A stretch of DNA of 64,000 nt, taken from Thainema sp. GTDB lineage: Bacteria; Cyanobacteriota; Cyanobacteriia; Phormidesmidales; Phormidesmidaceae. The position numbers were made by a program, and so were the translations under genes. Shown one piece after another: positions 19,132-30,014 of this stretch. Under the pieces are notes generated by a model. It had not been told where the DNA came from and ran no database searches. It saw only the letters and a list, made by a program, of their open reading frames with translations. The number at the start of each line of letters is the position of its first letter. Positions within the stretch are counted from its first letter, which is position 1. Location of the stretch: contig JBQLZK010000003.1 of the NCBI GenBank assembly GCA_052168235.1, forward strand, positions 136,677 through 200,676. The letters are read 5' to 3'.

Positions 19132-20118
19132 CTAGAACGTCATTTCAGCAGCCTGGACTTTCTCGACCTGCTTCTTCTTCAGCACTAGCATAATCTGGGT
19201 CAGGGTTGCTGCGGCCAAAAAGGCAATCAAACCCTTGATGCGAGTAGAGCTTTGCAGCACGATTTCAACATCACGCTGACCAAAACCACCCACGTTCGGA
19301 TCATCGTTTAGCGCTTGACCTGCCGTAACGGCATCACCTTCGGCCACAGTTAGCGCTAGACCAGCGGGCACCGTATCCACAACGGTGTCGCCTGCATCAG
19401 TTTGAATGGTGACTTCGTATCCACCTGCTTCAACTGCCGAGATGTTGGAGATGGTACCTGCAGCGGATGCGTTGTAGACGGTGTTGTTGCTCTTTTCACC
19501 CGTCGGGTAAACTTGGCCCCGACCGCGGTTACCGCCGACGTGAATCTGGTACTTACCAAAGCTGATTCCCTTTTGGGTTGCTGGATCGGGAGACAGAACT
19601 GGGAAGACGATCTCTTGATACTGCTCACCGGGCAGTGGACCAACAATGATGATATTTTCTTGGTCTTCGCTGTAGGGCTGGAAGTAGAGGCGACCCACCT
19701 TTTCCTGCATTTCTTCGGGAATGCGATCGGCAGGTGCAATCTTGAAGCCTTCCGGCAGCATCACAACAGCACCGACGTTGAGGCCACCTTTGCTGCCATC
19801 ACCCAAGACCTGCTGGGTATCGAGGTCATAAGGAATTTTGACTACGGCTTCAAACACAGAGTCAGGCAGTACCGCTTGAGGTACTTCAACCTGAGTCGGC
19901 ATTTCACCGAGGTGGCAGTTCGCACAAACGATTCGGCCCGTTGCTTCACGGGGGCTGTCATAGTTCTGCTGCGCCCAGAACGGATAAGCCGCAGCGGATT
20001 GAGGCGCGATCGCATCTCCAATGGTCAAGAACAGAACAGCAGCCAAAACTACCGCAATGCCCTTGGCGATGCTGCGAAAACTTGCGATCGCACTCGTCAG
20101 GACAAAATCACTTCTCAT
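19132..20118 (-). CDS. petA: Apocytochrome f
   Basis: 44-aa leader, then [32 protein letters not shown]-terminal [13 protein letters not shown]. Confidence 0.98.
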   Translation of the reverse strand: MRSDFVLTSAIASFRSIAKGIAVVLAAVLFLTIGDAIAPQSAAAYPFWAQQNYDSPREATGRIVCANCHLGEMPTQVEVPQAVLPDSVFEAVVKIPYDLDTQQVLGDGSKGGLNVGAVVMLPEGFKIAPADRIPEEMQEKVGRLYFQPYSEDQENIIIVGPLPGEQYQEIVFPVLSPDPATQKGISFGKYQIHVGGNRGRGQVYPTGEKSNNTVYNASAAGTISNISAVEAGGYEVTIQTDAGDTVVDTVPAGLALTVAEGDAVTAGQALNDDPNVGGFGQRDVEIVLQSSTRIKGLIAFLAAATLTQIMLVLKKKQVEKVQAAEMTF

Positions 20119-20216
20119 CAGTAACACGCTTTTCAATAACTCAGGACTCGGGGTTCAAACGTCGAAATAACTTAGGCTGAAAACAAAAACCAAGGCTTAA
20201 AGCTTTGCAAGGTGGG

Positions 20217-20762
20217 CTATGACCACCACGGATCATCGCCCGTACGGAAATCGGTCTCTGTCCAAGGTGTCAGTGCAATCGTGTCGTTCTCAGTGACAGT
20301 GGCATGAGCCAGCGCCAAGGAGAGAGGAGCGGGGCCGCGCACAACCTTACCTGTGTTGTCGTACTGAGAACCGTGGCAAGGACAGATAAACTTGTTTTCG
20401 TTGGCGTTCCAGGGCACAACACAGCCCAAGTGGGTGCAAACCGCGTTGATGCCATAATCCGCAATTCCACCCTCGTTGCTAACTACGATGTAGGTCGGAT
20501 CGCCCTTGAGACCCTGAGCCAATGAGCGCTCACCGGGCTTACGCTTAGAGACAAACTCACTAGCGTTAATGTCCTTGCCCAATGCATCTTTAGCGAGGAC
20601 ACCACCACCTGCGGCACCACTGGATGGCGGAATGAAATACTTAACCACGGGATAAAGCGCGCCGAGTGCTGTTCCTGTAGCTGCACCAAACGTCAACAAA
20701 TTCATAAACTGACGGCGTCCCATGCTGGGCACATCCGCATTCCCGGAAGAAATTTGAGTCAT
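20217..20762 (-). CDS. petC: Cytochrome b6f Rieske iron-sulfur subunit
   Basis: Tat-like [33 protein letters not shown]. Confidence 0.98.
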   Translation of the reverse strand: MTQISSGNADVPSMGRRQFMNLLTFGAATGTALGALYPVVKYFIPPSSGAAGGGVLAKDALGKDINASEFVSKRKPGERSLAQGLKGDPTYIVVSNEGGIADYGINAVCTHLGCVVPWNANENKFICPCHGSQYDNTGKVVRGPAPLSLALAHATVTENDTIALTPWTETDFRTGDDPWWS

Positions 20763-21332
20763 AACTTAAGCTGTATGTAGGCGTTCAAAATGGAGACTAC
20801 GATAACTGCTGCGCTCAAATTCAGACTGCAACGTTTGAACGAAGCGGAGCGCTTAGATTCATCAGCTAACTCACTAAACTTAATGAAAAATCCAGAACGA
20901 AAATTCAGATTAAATTCATTAAACTTTGAGCTAACCCAATCCGTATAAAGGTATCTGCTAAAGCAGTTTACAGTTTTCTGAGACCATTGTTACACAACAT
21001 AAACACGATTCAACCTCAAGGTCGTTAGGAAATGTAGATTGTGAACCAGCTTTTCGCTTTCCGTTAAGAAATGTATCAATTTGCGCTTCGTCTCTTGGTT
21101 CCAAAAACTAACAAGATGGTTGCGATAGGCATATTGGTTAGGACGTTTTTGTGGCACGGCGAAGCTGTGCCACAAAAACGTCCGTATCCTAACAGAGCTG
21201 ACTACGGTTAAATCTGCGATCGCAGCATAACAAGCTGATGATTCGCGTTCTAGTTTTGCAACGTGCAAAATGGGGGTTAAACAAAGTAGTAGTTGCTGCA
21301 AATATTGCGATTTGGATGAGTGACCTGAAACG

Positions 21333-21647
21333 ATGACTGGACAAGAACTACATGAACTACTGCTGACCAAGTGGGGCCGATCCTTTGGCATGCAGCTCCG
21401 ACGCACCCAGGGCAAAATCTTTGTGCAGGTGATGTGGAAGTACTTAGAGCAAGCTTCGTTTCCCATGACCGAAGATGAATATCTTGCTCATCTAGATGCG
21501 ATCGCAGCCTATCTCAATGCCTGGGGCGGTGCCGACCAAATTCGCACCTACATCCAAGAAACCCGAGAAAGCCCCCGCCTCGGCAAGGCAGTCAGTATCC
21601 CGCTTGACTTAGGCATTCGCGAATCGGAATGGATTCTGGATGAATAA
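21333..21647 (+). CDS. DUF3067 family protein
   Basis: KWGRS, QVMWKYLEQASFP.TE.EY, PRLGKAVSIPLDLG.R.SEW; divergent from petC. Confidence 0.88.
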   Translation: MTGQELHELLLTKWGRSFGMQLRRTQGKIFVQVMWKYLEQASFPMTEDEYLAHLDAIAAYLNAWGGADQIRTYIQETRESPRLGKAVSIPLDLGIRESEWILDE

Positions 21648-21667
21648 CTCTAGAATCCTCGAAAAAC

Positions 21668-21698
21668 AATAAGAGCCGCGCCTAACGCGGCTCTTATT
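21668..21698. terminator. Bidirectional terminator hairpin
   Basis: aataagagccgcg-cctaa-cgcggctcttatt. Confidence 0.7.
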
Positions 21699-21722
21699 CG
21701 TTTAGAAAGACGGGAAAGACAG

Positions 21723-22520
21723 CTAGCGGCCAGCTAATTTGACCATGCCAGTGCCGCCAAAGTAGAGCAACAGCACCGCACCGCCGAGCAAACTTTGGGT
21801 AATCGGATCAGTGGATGGAGTTAACACCGCACCAAGGACTGCCGCTCCCAGCAGAACAAAGCGCCACCCCTTCAGCATCTGCTCTGACGACACAATGCCC
21901 AGTAGCCCCAACAAAAGCTGAACGATGGGAATTTGAAACGCCAATCCAGTACTGAACATGAGCAGCAGTACAAACTCAAAATAGCGATCAATTGACCAAA
22001 GCTGTTCTACCACATCAGCTCCATAGCTGATGAAGAAATTCAATGCAGCTGGAATTAAGGCTAAATAAGCAAATCCTAAACCCACAAAAAAGAGCACGCT
22101 AGAGCCGAGTACAATCGGTGCAATCAGACGTCGCTCTCGCCGAGTCAGTCCCGGTAAAACAAACTGAATAATTTGGTAGAGAATAAACGGGCTAGCCAAA
22201 AGTAAGCCACTGTAGGCAGCCACTTTGAGAGAGACAAAGAAAAATTCGCCGGGCGAAAGCTGCAAGAACTTGACGCCTTTGGCTGGCAGTTCCAGCAGCT
22301 CAACAATTGGGCGCACCACTGCAAAGCAACCAACCACGCATACAATCACCGCGATTAGTGAATAGAAAATGCGCCAGCGCAACTCCTCTAGATGATCAAA
22401 CAACGACATTTCCACGTCGTCCGGTAGATCATCCAAATAATCTCTTTCATCGGAGTCAGATGGGTCATTTGCCTGGGACGGCTTGATTTGAGCGGTTTCC
22501 AACTCAGGGGGAGGCGTCAT
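21723..22520 (-). CDS. tatC: Twin-arginine translocase subunit TatC
   Basis: [43 protein letters not shown]. Confidence 0.97.
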   Translation of the reverse strand: MTPPPELETAQIKPSQANDPSDSDERDYLDDLPDDVEMSLFDHLEELRWRIFYSLIAVIVCVVGCFAVVRPIVELLELPAKGVKFLQLSPGEFFFVSLKVAAYSGLLLASPFILYQIIQFVLPGLTRRERRLIAPIVLGSSVLFFVGLGFAYLALIPAALNFFISYGADVVEQLWSIDRYFEFVLLLMFSTGLAFQIPIVQLLLGLLGIVSSEQMLKGWRFVLLGAAVLGAVLTPSTDPITQSLLGGAVLLLYFGGTGMVKLAGR

Positions 22521-22632
22521 ACGCTAACGGTTGCTCTCCGGTTTAAATGAACGATGATTCTGTGTGCTTTAACCTATTGTATCGGTTGCTTCATGAATGC
22601 TCGAACCGAGACGATAACTTTAGGCTCTGGAA

Positions 22633-24897
22633 TTAGTTATTGGGTATCTCAAATGTGTTGGAATTCGTAGTCTTGCGAGCAGTGTACTGTTCCACCTTGG
22701 CCGCAATGTCTGAATTGTAGAGCCGTAGATAGTTCCAGTAGCCACCGAAGACGGAGCGCACATAATTTTTGGTTTCTGGAAACGGAATCTGCTGGGCAAA
22801 TTCATCGGCATTTTTGAAATTGTCTCGCGTAATCCAGTCAGCCACGTTACCAGGGCCAGCGTTGTAGCTAGCGACAGCATAGAGCGAATTATCACCGTAT
22901 TCTTGGTGGGTGTAGCTCAAATACCAGGTTCCCAGCTTAATATTGTCAGCCGGATTCCCCAGATTGTATTCCCCAGCGCCAATGTTTTGATCAATCCAAG
23001 CTGCCGTATCGGGCATCACCTGCATCAGCCCTTTTGCGCCTACAACCGACTCAATTTGTGTTTCAAAGCGGGATTCCTGACGGATCAACGCCGTCACCAA
23101 CATGGGATTGAGATCGCGCTCGGCTGACCAGGTTTGAATCAGGTTTTGAAAAGGAAAAGGATACAAGGCTTGCCAGTAAGCATCCTGCTTCGCTAAGGTT
23201 TTGTACTGTTCAATTTCCTCTGGTTTTTCGCGCCATTCCAGGCTAGAAACCATGAAGATGCCGTCTAGGTTGTCGCCAACGCCCAGACGCATTAAACCAT
23301 CGGTGAACTGCTCCGCGACCGTCGGCTCCATCGGATTCTCAAATTCGCTCTGCCAGAGTGCCCAGGCCTCCTGATCTTGTCCCAATTGGTAAAGCTCTTG
23401 CAGGGTTTCTGAACCCGCTGGTAGCAGCGCTCGCTGCATCGGCTGTTGAATTTCGGGCTTTAAGTAACGCACCGTATTAAAGTCACCGACATCCCACCCC
23501 AGATGAACGGCTGAACGCCAGGCAAAATAGGACTCAGGATAGTGGGTAATCGTATATTCAAAGGCGCGTTGGGCTTCGTCGGATTGATTCACTTCTAGCG
23601 CCCATTTACCCGCCCAAAAGGCGGCTTCTGGAGCTAGCTCATGATCTGGATTTTCGTTGGGAATCTGGGCGGCCCACTGCCAGGCCTGGAGGTACTGCCC
23701 CTGTTCTGCATGCTGGTTCGCCATGTTCCAACGGAGTGTAGCCGCCGCTTCTGAGGAACTATACTGACTGAGAATGGATTGACGAGCTTGGGAAGCAGAT
23801 TCGGCACTATCCATTTCGTCCAGGAGCAGCGACTTCTCGTACAGGGCTGCAGCGGCATCCTCTGGAAATCGTTCAATCACCTGATCAAGAACCACGATCG
23901 CAGTTTCTCGATCGACTAAAGCCGACAGTTTGAGCAGCCCTTCAGCCGTTTCTGGATCATCCGGAAACGTCTCACTGAGATAATAGTAAGCTGCGATCGC
24001 ATCGTCTCGCTGCTGTCCCAGTTGTAATCCTCTGCCCGCGCGATAGAGATTTTGAGGAGTCTCTGGTGCCCAGCGGTAAGCATCTCCAGCTTTGCCGTAG
24101 GTCAACTTTTCCCAGTAGCCAAAGCCAATCGCCTCCCAATCTTCCGGGGTCAGCTGATCGCCATAAGTTTCAACCATTTCATCCAGCAGAGTTGTAATAC
24201 CTGGCAGATGCAGGCCGTGGCGAGCGACTATCCGCATCAGCGGCAGCTTATCTTCTCGCTCTTTCAATAACGCTTGAGCCATTTGCACGGTGCGGGGCGA
24301 TGCTGGAAACTTCTCTATCGCCTGATCCCAATAGCTGCGATCGCCATTTTCACCCAGTGCGTACAGCGCTTCTGCCGCCACTGGATGCTCACCATGTTCC
24401 TCCAGTAGCGTCTGCCAAGCCCGTTGTGCCTGCTCTGGCTGCCCCATCGCCTCATAGGCTTGCGCCTGCTTTAGCCTCACATAGGGTTGCAAGACTTTAT
24501 AATCCGCTTCCAGCCCCTCTAGCCACTGAATCGCACTGCCAGCCTTACCCTGCTGAATCAGGTCTGTTGCCAATAAATAGCGGGCCCGCGCCCGCTCGGC
24601 AGATTCTTTTTGCGTGGCAATCGCTTCTAGCTGTTGCGATCGCGCATCTGGCGACATCAAAGCCAGCGTCTTCACAAACGAATCAGACGGTTGACGCAAT
24701 GTCAGTGAATTGGATTGTCGCGATCCAAACCCGATTTCGGCAATGGGTTCCAAATACCGCTGGTGAAACTGACTAAAGTCAATCACACCCAACATATCCA
24801 ACGTCGAAACCGCCGCTCCAGCCAGCATGGCAGTTATGCCCAGAGACATTAACACCACTTGGCGGCCTTTTGAGGGCTGAGGAGTCCGTTTAAACAT
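22633..24897 (-). CDS. Slt70-like lytic transglycosylase with TPR-like helical region
   Basis: ALIRQESRF, GAKGLMQVMP.TA, ASYNAGPGNV, IPFPETKNYV; N-terminal TM. Confidence 0.93.
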   Translation of the reverse strand: MFKRTPQPSKGRQVVLMSLGITAMLAGAAVSTLDMLGVIDFSQFHQRYLEPIAEIGFGSRQSNSLTLRQPSDSFVKTLALMSPDARSQQLEAIATQKESAERARARYLLATDLIQQGKAGSAIQWLEGLEADYKVLQPYVRLKQAQAYEAMGQPEQAQRAWQTLLEEHGEHPVAAEALYALGENGDRSYWDQAIEKFPASPRTVQMAQALLKEREDKLPLMRIVARHGLHLPGITTLLDEMVETYGDQLTPEDWEAIGFGYWEKLTYGKAGDAYRWAPETPQNLYRAGRGLQLGQQRDDAIAAYYYLSETFPDDPETAEGLLKLSALVDRETAIVVLDQVIERFPEDAAAALYEKSLLLDEMDSAESASQARQSILSQYSSSEAAATLRWNMANQHAEQGQYLQAWQWAAQIPNENPDHELAPEAAFWAGKWALEVNQSDEAQRAFEYTITHYPESYFAWRSAVHLGWDVGDFNTVRYLKPEIQQPMQRALLPAGSETLQELYQLGQDQEAWALWQSEFENPMEPTVAEQFTDGLMRLGVGDNLDGIFMVSSLEWREKPEEIEQYKTLAKQDAYWQALYPFPFQNLIQTWSAERDLNPMLVTALIRQESRFETQIESVVGAKGLMQVMPDTAAWIDQNIGAGEYNLGNPADNIKLGTWYLSYTHQEYGDNSLYAVASYNAGPGNVADWITRDNFKNADEFAQQIPFPETKNYVRSVFGGYWNYLRLYNSDIAAKVEQYTARKTTNSNTFEIPNN

Positions 24898-25339
24898 GTC
24901 AAATCGCCTGATTTCGCAGATAGATTAAAACAACTGTTGCCTATTTATAGCGCCATGTCCTGCGATAGAGCATCAACTGCCTGCTAAACAGAAGTGACCA
25001 CTGCCGCCCCAAAACTTTAACTAGCCCTATGTTAGACAATCAAGCGAATTTCAGCTTTTGCCTTTTCCAATTCGAGCTTGGAACTTGGCCAAAGCGAGAT
25101 ATAGCGGGATACACGATAGTTCGCAAAAGGTAATGATTTTTCGGACTCTTCTCAGCTAGCATCCAATCTCGTTAAAAACCGAAGAGGCGATTTCGGTACA
25201 AGCGATGAGACGACTCAATCTGAAAGCGGGTTCTTTTACTTGTCAAAGACTTGCATCTTAAATGTTGTAATTGGGAGTTGTAATTTTGCGATCGCAATCC
25301 GGCAACCAAACCCTCCCTCCAGGTAGCATTTAAGACTGC

Positions 25340-26035
25340 TTATGACTGCTTTTGATCCGCACTACTCGCAGGCAAACACAACAGACCATCCCCATAGTTT
25401 TGGATAAGACCCTGCTGCCGTAGCTTACCCATCAGCCGCGTAACCGTTACACGAGTTGAACCAATGGCACTACCGATTTGAGCATGAGTCAAGGCCCAAG
25501 GTAAGCAATAACCCTGCTCACAGGGCTGACCATACTCTTCAATTAACAAGGTGAGAAAACCCAGAAGGCGATCAATCGTCCGTCGCTGACCTAATGTGCT
25601 TAACCAGAGCAGCTTGCGCTGATGCTGATAACGAAACGCATCTAAGACTTCTCGCCGGAAGTGAGGCCAGTTGTCCAAATCATGCCAATACAGCCAAATA
25701 ACCGTCGTTTGATCCACGTGAGCAAAACTCTGTAGCGTAAATGGAGATTGCGCCACAATTTCAAACGGTTGCCCAGCTCCAACAAATCCAAGAAACGCCT
25801 CTTCTAGCTCTGCTCCCTCCTCTTCACCTTTAGCGATGCTGGTACTCACCTGAGCATTCCCCACCAGTCGCACGGCTCCTCGCTGTACCAAATATAAAAT
25901 TCCAGGACGAGCCGGAATTCGCTCATCTTTACTGAAGGTGCGGCAACGATAGTGCTCCTGAGCCCAGTCTAAAATTCGCTGCCAAGTCAGAAAAGGGCGG
26001 GGCGCTTCAGGTTGTGATGACGATTCCGAATACAT
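25340..26035 (-). CDS. devH: Crp/Fnr-family transcription factor, DevH-type
   Basis: RPFLTWQRILDWAQEHYRCRTFSKDERIPARPG and LTHAQIGSAIGSTRVTVTRLMGKL match Nostoc/Anabaena DevH as I recall it. Confidence 0.85.
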   Translation of the reverse strand: MYSESSSQPEAPRPFLTWQRILDWAQEHYRCRTFSKDERIPARPGILYLVQRGAVRLVGNAQVSTSIAKGEEEGAELEEAFLGFVGAGQPFEIVAQSPFTLQSFAHVDQTTVIWLYWHDLDNWPHFRREVLDAFRYQHQRKLLWLSTLGQRRTIDRLLGFLTLLIEEYGQPCEQGYCLPWALTHAQIGSAIGSTRVTVTRLMGKLRQQGLIQNYGDGLLCLPASSADQKQS

Positions 26036-26565
26036 AATAAAATACTAAACGTTGCTGATGAACTTGCGTTGGTGGCAAACACTAGCCAGCTGTACGGATG
26101 GGAACAGAATCAAGACAATAACAGTGCAATAGCAGTTTGTTTTTTGCTAGACCAAATCAGCGAATCTATCAGTCACCGTAAGGGCGATAGAACATAGCAT
26201 CACCATAAATAAATCTATACCAAACACTTCTATATCAAACGCTAAATACGCAAATACTTTAACGCACACTGGAGAAATGGAAGAAGCCGTATTTTAAACA
26301 GCCTGGAATCCTTAATTTAGAATTCTCTATACAAATGCACAAAAAACGAATCAATTTAGAAATTAATGCGGCCCCTCCTGCCTGATTAAAATCCCCTGCA
26401 AATTATCCCTGCAAACTATTAGTGTCAGATGATACTTGGCTTAACTAGATAACATCTGAGCAAGCTTTACGCCTGATACTGCAATGCAACCGTACACCTG
26501 AAGGCGATCTGGTATGAATCTTCATAAAACCTTTAAGAAGATTCACTGAAATCTACCGATGTTTT

Positions 26566-27657
26566 TTGTACAGGGAGGTACTGTATATTACACAACTGTC
26601 TCTCAAATTTCTGTTACTCAGAAACCTTCAGACTGCAATAGCAAGTGGGCTGCCATCAATTGTGGTTGACCCTGCTCCGTTCGAGGCAAGTTTGCCAGAG
26701 CTGAGCTCATTGAGCAACTTGATCAGCCACCAGGATATAAAATTAGGGTCAAAAACTGGTAAAGGGTGGGAACCAATTTTTTACACCAGCCCCTTGGCAT
26801 TAAAGCTCGCTGCAAAAACGAATTTAACTGTAATCCAAGTTGCAACCTTCATCACCCACCAGATGACGGATTTGCGTGATAACTGCGACACCCTGTCTTC
26901 CCTCACACCACTGTCACCTCCCTTCTGGTTACACTTTACGATCCGACAAAATGAGTCTGGGTGGATTTACTTAAACCTTACAGATTTGGGCATTGCGATC
27001 TGGTTAGAGCATCTAACCACTATTCGAGCAACCCGCCGCGATTATCATGACGGTCATCAAGCAGCAGACGGCTCACCTGTAACCAGTCATTCCGTCCCAA
27101 GCCTAACAACTGTACCGCAGAAACTACGACCAGAAGCCTGGAGTCAGCGTTGGCCGCAAGACTGGCCAACAATTTGGGCCGCACAGTATGTTCATAATCG
27201 AACGTTTAGCCTGCTCCAGTTAGCAGACCGAGAAGGGCTGCTGCCGCTAAGAACGAATAAAACATCAAGCAATTTAGAGATTGGGGCTACTTGCTTTGGT
27301 TTCGGTGCGGAAGGCGCATGTCTGCCTCCGTCACATCGCTATCCGTGGTTCACTGAGCAGGAACAGCTGCGAATACAGCATTCAAGCGAATGGGAGCTAA
27401 TTCGGTGTTTTATAACGCTAACGGATGAGTGGCAAGAGCGTCAGGGGAGCTACACCCCACAGCAGGTTCATCGCCAACTTCATCTACTGGTTCAAAGCTT
27501 TGAACAATTTCATCGACAGTGCCAAATTTTTGGTGATGTGGCTGAGCGGACACCTGAATTAGCTCAGGCTCGGCTGGGCTTGGTGCAGATTACGCAGAGA
27601 CTGATGAGGATTCTGTTGGAAGAGGGGTTGGGAGTTGAGGCGTTGATGGAGCTTTGA
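26566..27657 (+). CDS. DALR anticodon-binding-domain protein (ArgRS-like, catalytic core absent)
   Basis: Y.SPLALKLA..GWIYL N-terminal part; AQYVHNR..SLL; FEQFHRQCQIFG...LAQARLGLV..TQRL.RILLE.GLGV.A..EL; no HIGH/KMSKS. Start uncertain. Confidence 0.75.
   Translation: MYREVLYITQLSLKFLLLRNLQTAIASGLPSIVVDPAPFEASLPELSSLSNLISHQDIKLGSKTGKGWEPIFYTSPLALKLAAKTNLTVIQVATFITHQMTDLRDNCDTLSSLTPLSPPFWLHFTIRQNESGWIYLNLTDLGIAIWLEHLTTIRATRRDYHDGHQAADGSPVTSHSVPSLTTVPQKLRPEAWSQRWPQDWPTIWAAQYVHNRTFSLLQLADREGLLPLRTNKTSSNLEIGATCFGFGAEGACLPPSHRYPWFTEQEQLRIQHSSEWELIRCFITLTDEWQERQGSYTPQQVHRQLHLLVQSFEQFHRQCQIFGDVAERTPELAQARLGLVQITQRLMRILLEEGLGVEALMEL
26568..26581. promoter_or_regulatory. NtcA-consensus box GTA-N8-TAC
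   Basis: tGTAcagggaggTAC, between devH and the divergent DALR-domain gene. Confidence 0.45.
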
Positions 27658-27724
27658 GAGTGGGGAGGTTGGGGAGTAAGGGAGTAGGAAGTAGGGGAGT
27701 GGGGAGCAGGGGGGCAAGAGGAGA
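27657..27724. repeat. Purine-rich 7-8-mer tandem repeats (GGGAGTA/GGGGAGT)
   Basis: gagagtggggaggttggggagtaagggagtaggaagtaggggagtggggagcaggggg. Confidence 0.6.
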
Positions 27725-27751
27725 TAGTGGTGGTCTGTTCTGCTAGGTTGG

Positions 27752-28366
27752 TTAGGTTTTCCAGGCGGTGCCTTGGTAGGTGTAGCCAATGAATTTGGGT
27801 AGGCTCTCAGCATAATCCTGCTCAATTTCGACTCGGTCGAACTGCTGCTGCACCAAATTAGCAATGTTGCGGTTGAGATGGCAGCCATCACCAATTACTT
27901 TTTGAATTGGATTGAGCCGATTTTGCCAGGTTTGAACTGAGGTATCTTTACTTAAACCATGTTCAACAAAGCAGAAGCGGCCACCCGGTTTAAGAACGCG
28001 ATAAATTTCGCTCAGCGCTTGCTGAATGTTGGGAATACTACAGAGCGTCCATGTGCTGACGGCGGTGTCAAAACTGGCCTCTGCAAATGGAAGGTTTTCA
28101 CCGCTAAGAACGTGAACCTTAACATTAATAGGAGAGGCGGCAATCCGTTTTTGCGCGATCGCAGTTGCACCGGGATTCGGATCAACGATTGTCAGCTGTT
28201 TGATCGAGTCGGGATAATAAGGCAAATTCAGCCCAGTCCCAAAGCCAATCTCTAAAACATTTCCTGAAACTTGGGAAAGGACGGCTTGCCGATATCGGGG
28301 GCAGGGTTCTCCCGACATGGCAGCATCCAATAAGCGTGGAAAGATGAGGTTGGAGTAAATACCCAT
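27752..28366 (-). CDS. Class I SAM-dependent methyltransferase
   Basis: VLEIGFGTGLN, LPFAEASFDTAVSTWTLCSI, RVLKPGGRF.FVEHG, DGCHLNR. Confidence 0.92.
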   Translation of the reverse strand: MGIYSNLIFPRLLDAAMSGEPCPRYRQAVLSQVSGNVLEIGFGTGLNLPYYPDSIKQLTIVDPNPGATAIAQKRIAASPINVKVHVLSGENLPFAEASFDTAVSTWTLCSIPNIQQALSEIYRVLKPGGRFCFVEHGLSKDTSVQTWQNRLNPIQKVIGDGCHLNRNIANLVQQQFDRVEIEQDYAESLPKFIGYTYQGTAWKT

Positions 28367-28606
28367 GTTGTGAATCTCTCTTGGTCACGCAACGCACAAT
28401 AATTCTTCCATTTTAGTTCCCGGCTAAGAGCCACCTCTTCAACTGCTACACAAGGGGGAACTGAAAAAAGTACCCGTTCCAGTGAGGGCAGCAACGGTAA
28501 TGCCTTAATTTACAAGGAATTTAGCAATTTTGGATCTGCGATCGCACCCCCCAATCGGCTGTGCCACCTCAGGACAGTTGGGAAAGTCAAACCGTCACAT
28601 TACTTT

Positions 28607-28622
28607 TGTGACAATCCTCACC
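28607..28622. promoter_or_regulatory. CRP-like site TGTGA-N6-TCAC(C)
   Basis: tgtgacaatcctcacc matches TGTGA-N6-TCACA at 9/10, ~90 bp upstream of the DUF3747-SLH gene. Confidence 0.4.
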
Positions 28623-28712
28623 GCAAGATATGGACATACCAGAGCACCGCGACTTCTCATACCTAACGAATCCGGTGCATTTGCTTTCCACAGAATCAGT
28701 TGAGGACTTGTC

Positions 28713-30014
28713 ATGAAATCTATCTTCCGTCGTTCCATCGCGGCTCTCGCTACCGTTGCTACCGCAGCAGTTGGTTTTGGTACTGTTATCTCTAGCTCGT
28801 CCGTTGCAGCTTCCTTTGGTCAAAAAGAAGTGGATCAAACTAAGTTTGCTGCGATCGCATCTCCAGTTAACAACGGCAGTTCCCATCAGCTACTGGTACT
28901 AGAGCAGATTTCCAACACCAAGAAATGCTGGGGCGAGAGTGGCAATGCACCCACGATTGTTGATCCCCTACTGCTGAGCTTTGACTTTACGGGTATCTGC
29001 GGTCGCTCTACCGATAGCAACGGCTACTCGATTCGCGCTAATGGCCAAGATTTAGGTTTGCAGTACAGCCTGCGCGTTCAGCAGCGCAACGGCGACATGG
29101 TTCTAGTTGGTGTGCCCTTTGGTGGTCGGGGTCAAACGCTCGAAATCGCCCGCGCCAATGGCACAACCAACAACTTTGCTAAGCTCAACCTCAAAGATGG
29201 CTGGCGGTTCACCAAGCGTACCTACGAAGGCCAAACGCTGGGTCACGTCTACCTAACCTATGAAGGTGATCTGGCGGCAACAGCCTTAAGCGGCAGCACT
29301 GGTGGAACCACAGGTGGTACAACGGGTGGCAACACGGGCAGCACAGGTGGTAACACGGGCGGCAACACAGGTGGTAATGGCGGCGTGGTCGTCAATCCCA
29401 CCCCCGTTTCCTTCTCTGACATCAGTGGCGACCTCTACCAGTCTGAAATTCAGGAAGCTGTAGCGATGGGCTTTATTGCAGGCTTCTCGGAAGACAATAC
29501 CTTCCGACCTCGTGCAACTCTGACCCGTGAGCAGGTCGTTTCGATGGCGCTAGAGTCTTTGGAAAATGTGCCAAATGCTAACTTGAATCTGCCAACCAGC
29601 GTCAGCCGCGCTCCCTTCCGTGACGTAGCCACCTCTCGCTGGAGTGCTGCCAAGATTCAGTTTGCTCAACAAGAGGGCATCGTTGCAGGCTATGGCGATG
29701 GCAACTTCCGTCCCACCCAAGCGGTTACACGCGCTGAACTGATGTCCATCATGCGCCGCACTGCTGAATATGCTCAAGAGCTGCAAAACAAGCCGACCAC
29801 ATTGATCTCGACTCAAGCAGCAACCAACTTCGGCGATACGGCGGGTCACTGGTCACAGGCCACGGTCAATGAAATGTCTTCCTACTGCGGCGTTGCATCA
29901 CCCATGAATGAGTCTGGCAACCGCTTCTCTCCGGATTCGGCTGCTCTGCGGAACTATGCTGCTGCTGCGACTCTGCGCATGATTGAGTGTGCAGTTGAGG
30001 AAGCTGACAGCTAG
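28713..30014 (+). CDS. Exported DUF3747 + SLH-domain protein
   Basis: Signal peptide; LLVLEQI...CW...VDPLLLSFDFTGICGRSTDSNGYSIR (DUF3747); Gly/Thr linker; SLH repeats FSDI..GFIAGF..TFRP...LTREQ and FRDV..WSA..GIVAGY.DG.FRP...VTRAE. Confidence 0.9.
   Translation: MKSIFRRSIAALATVATAAVGFGTVISSSSVAASFGQKEVDQTKFAAIASPVNNGSSHQLLVLEQISNTKKCWGESGNAPTIVDPLLLSFDFTGICGRSTDSNGYSIRANGQDLGLQYSLRVQQRNGDMVLVGVPFGGRGQTLEIARANGTTNNFAKLNLKDGWRFTKRTYEGQTLGHVYLTYEGDLAATALSGSTGGTTGGTTGGNTGSTGGNTGGNTGGNGGVVVNPTPVSFSDISGDLYQSEIQEAVAMGFIAGFSEDNTFRPRATLTREQVVSMALESLENVPNANLNLPTSVSRAPFRDVATSRWSAAKIQFAQQEGIVAGYGDGNFRPTQAVTRAELMSIMRRTAEYAQELQNKPTTLISTQAATNFGDTAGHWSQATVNEMSSYCGVASPMNESGNRFSPDSAALRNYAAAATLRMIECAVEEADS

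Noticed and set aside
19402..20124. 240-aa ORF antisense to petA
   Set aside because: Shadow frame of a strongly codon-biased gene; no recognizable motifs.
20990..21466. 158-aa ORF upstream of petC
   Set aside because: Overlaps DUF3067 antisense and the divergent promoter region.
27657..27724. Short tandem repeats (also 10200-10260, 45735-45805, 58859-58884, ~62950-62980) as possible CRISPR
   Set aside because: 7-8-bp degenerate units without unique spacers; typical cyanobacterial STRR-like repeats; no cas genes.
29290..29385. GGT/GGN repeat in the SLH protein
   Set aside because: Ordinary flexible Gly/Thr linker.
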